From a virus (Duplodnaviria > Heunggongvirae > Uroviricota > Caudoviricetes), in IMG/VR virus record IMGVR_UViG_2636416131_000001, positions 32,831 to 96,830 of that record: a DNA stretch of 64,000 nucleotides; one strand, given 5' to 3'. The position numbers and the translations under genes are program-made. The notes below the pieces were generated by a model. It was not told the origin of the DNA and ran no database searches. It saw nothing but the letters and a program-made list of their open reading frames with translations. Below are positions 63,376 to 64,000 of the stretch, piece after piece. Position 1 is the first letter of the stretch, and each line of letters opens with the position of its first letter.

Positions 63376-64000
63376 TCAGGCCGGCATATACCTCAGCAGA
63401 CTGATATCCCGCGCGTTTTTCTTCAGCCCTGATACATTCAGCCCCGCAATGGCCCGGCGGTATACCATCCGGCCGCCACACAGCACGCATTCGAACGGGT
63501 CACGACTCAGGAACTGTTTCACCATTTGTGCATAGCACACTTTCGCCACTGGTTCCGGCTTATCCATCCCCAGAGCACGGTACACCTGCGGCAGCTTCTC
63601 TCCACACACCCGGTTGGCAAGGAACCCGAAGTATCTCACCATCTTAAAAAACTTCTCCGGGATGTGCTGTTTCAGCCTCGCGACCAGCTCCCGCTGTGTC
63701 AGCGTTTCCGTCGCCGTTTCTCCCGTTTTGTGGTCCAGGTAACGGAAGCTCAGACTCGCTCCTCCGTTGTAATGCGCCAGCCGGGAAGCCGCTATTGGTG
63801 GCTTCTTCAGATAACGACCCAGGTAGCGTGCCGTATTCCGCCCTCCGGCTGTCTTCTTCGACATGTACACATGCCAGTATTTTCCGCCGGCTTTCAGCAC
63901 CAGGCTTCTCCACTGTGATTCCGTCGTGATATGTGACAACGATTCCGGCATCGCCAGACCTTCTGACCACGCTTTCAGAAGCAGCTGCCGCATATTCCAC
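63376..64000 (-). mobile_element. IS91-family-like (HUH Y2) transposase gene fragment, 5' end probably outside the window
   Basis: ORF reaches the window edge; YLGRYLKKPPIAASRL and HIPEKFFKMVRYFGFLANR resemble recalled IS91-family C-terminal motifs. Confidence 0.45.

Overview
This window reads as a contiguous ~64 kb segment of a P1-like temperate phage-plasmid, running across the P1 map end/start junction. All identifications are from reading the sequence and ORF track and from recalled P1 biology; no database search was run, so gene names are by recalled sequence, size and synteny. Core modules appear in P1 order: pacA-pacB with the pac hexamer cluster; immC (c1, coi, C1 operators); loxP-cre; ref; lxc-ulx-darB; portal and protease; SAR endolysin; ssb; the dar/lysis operon; cin with its invertible tail-fibre C segment; R/baseplate/sit; immI (c4, icd, ant); kilA-repL; tail and head genes; parS-parB-parA; and the incA-repA-incC-oriR replicon. 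Content that departs from that backbone and deserves a second look: (1) an AT-rich envelope-protein locus in the sim slot (47140..49397), including a secreted protein that copies an internal Sit peptide motif; (2) a CapRel-like fused toxSAS gene where P1 carries res/mod; (3) a second operator/c4-like/icd/ant-like cassette between pacB and c1; (4) a hok/mok-type type I toxin locus after repL; (5) an acidic poly-Asp protein at the end of the dar operon; (6) an IS91-family transposase fragment at the right edge. The sim-slot locus is my best candidate for an undescribed system.
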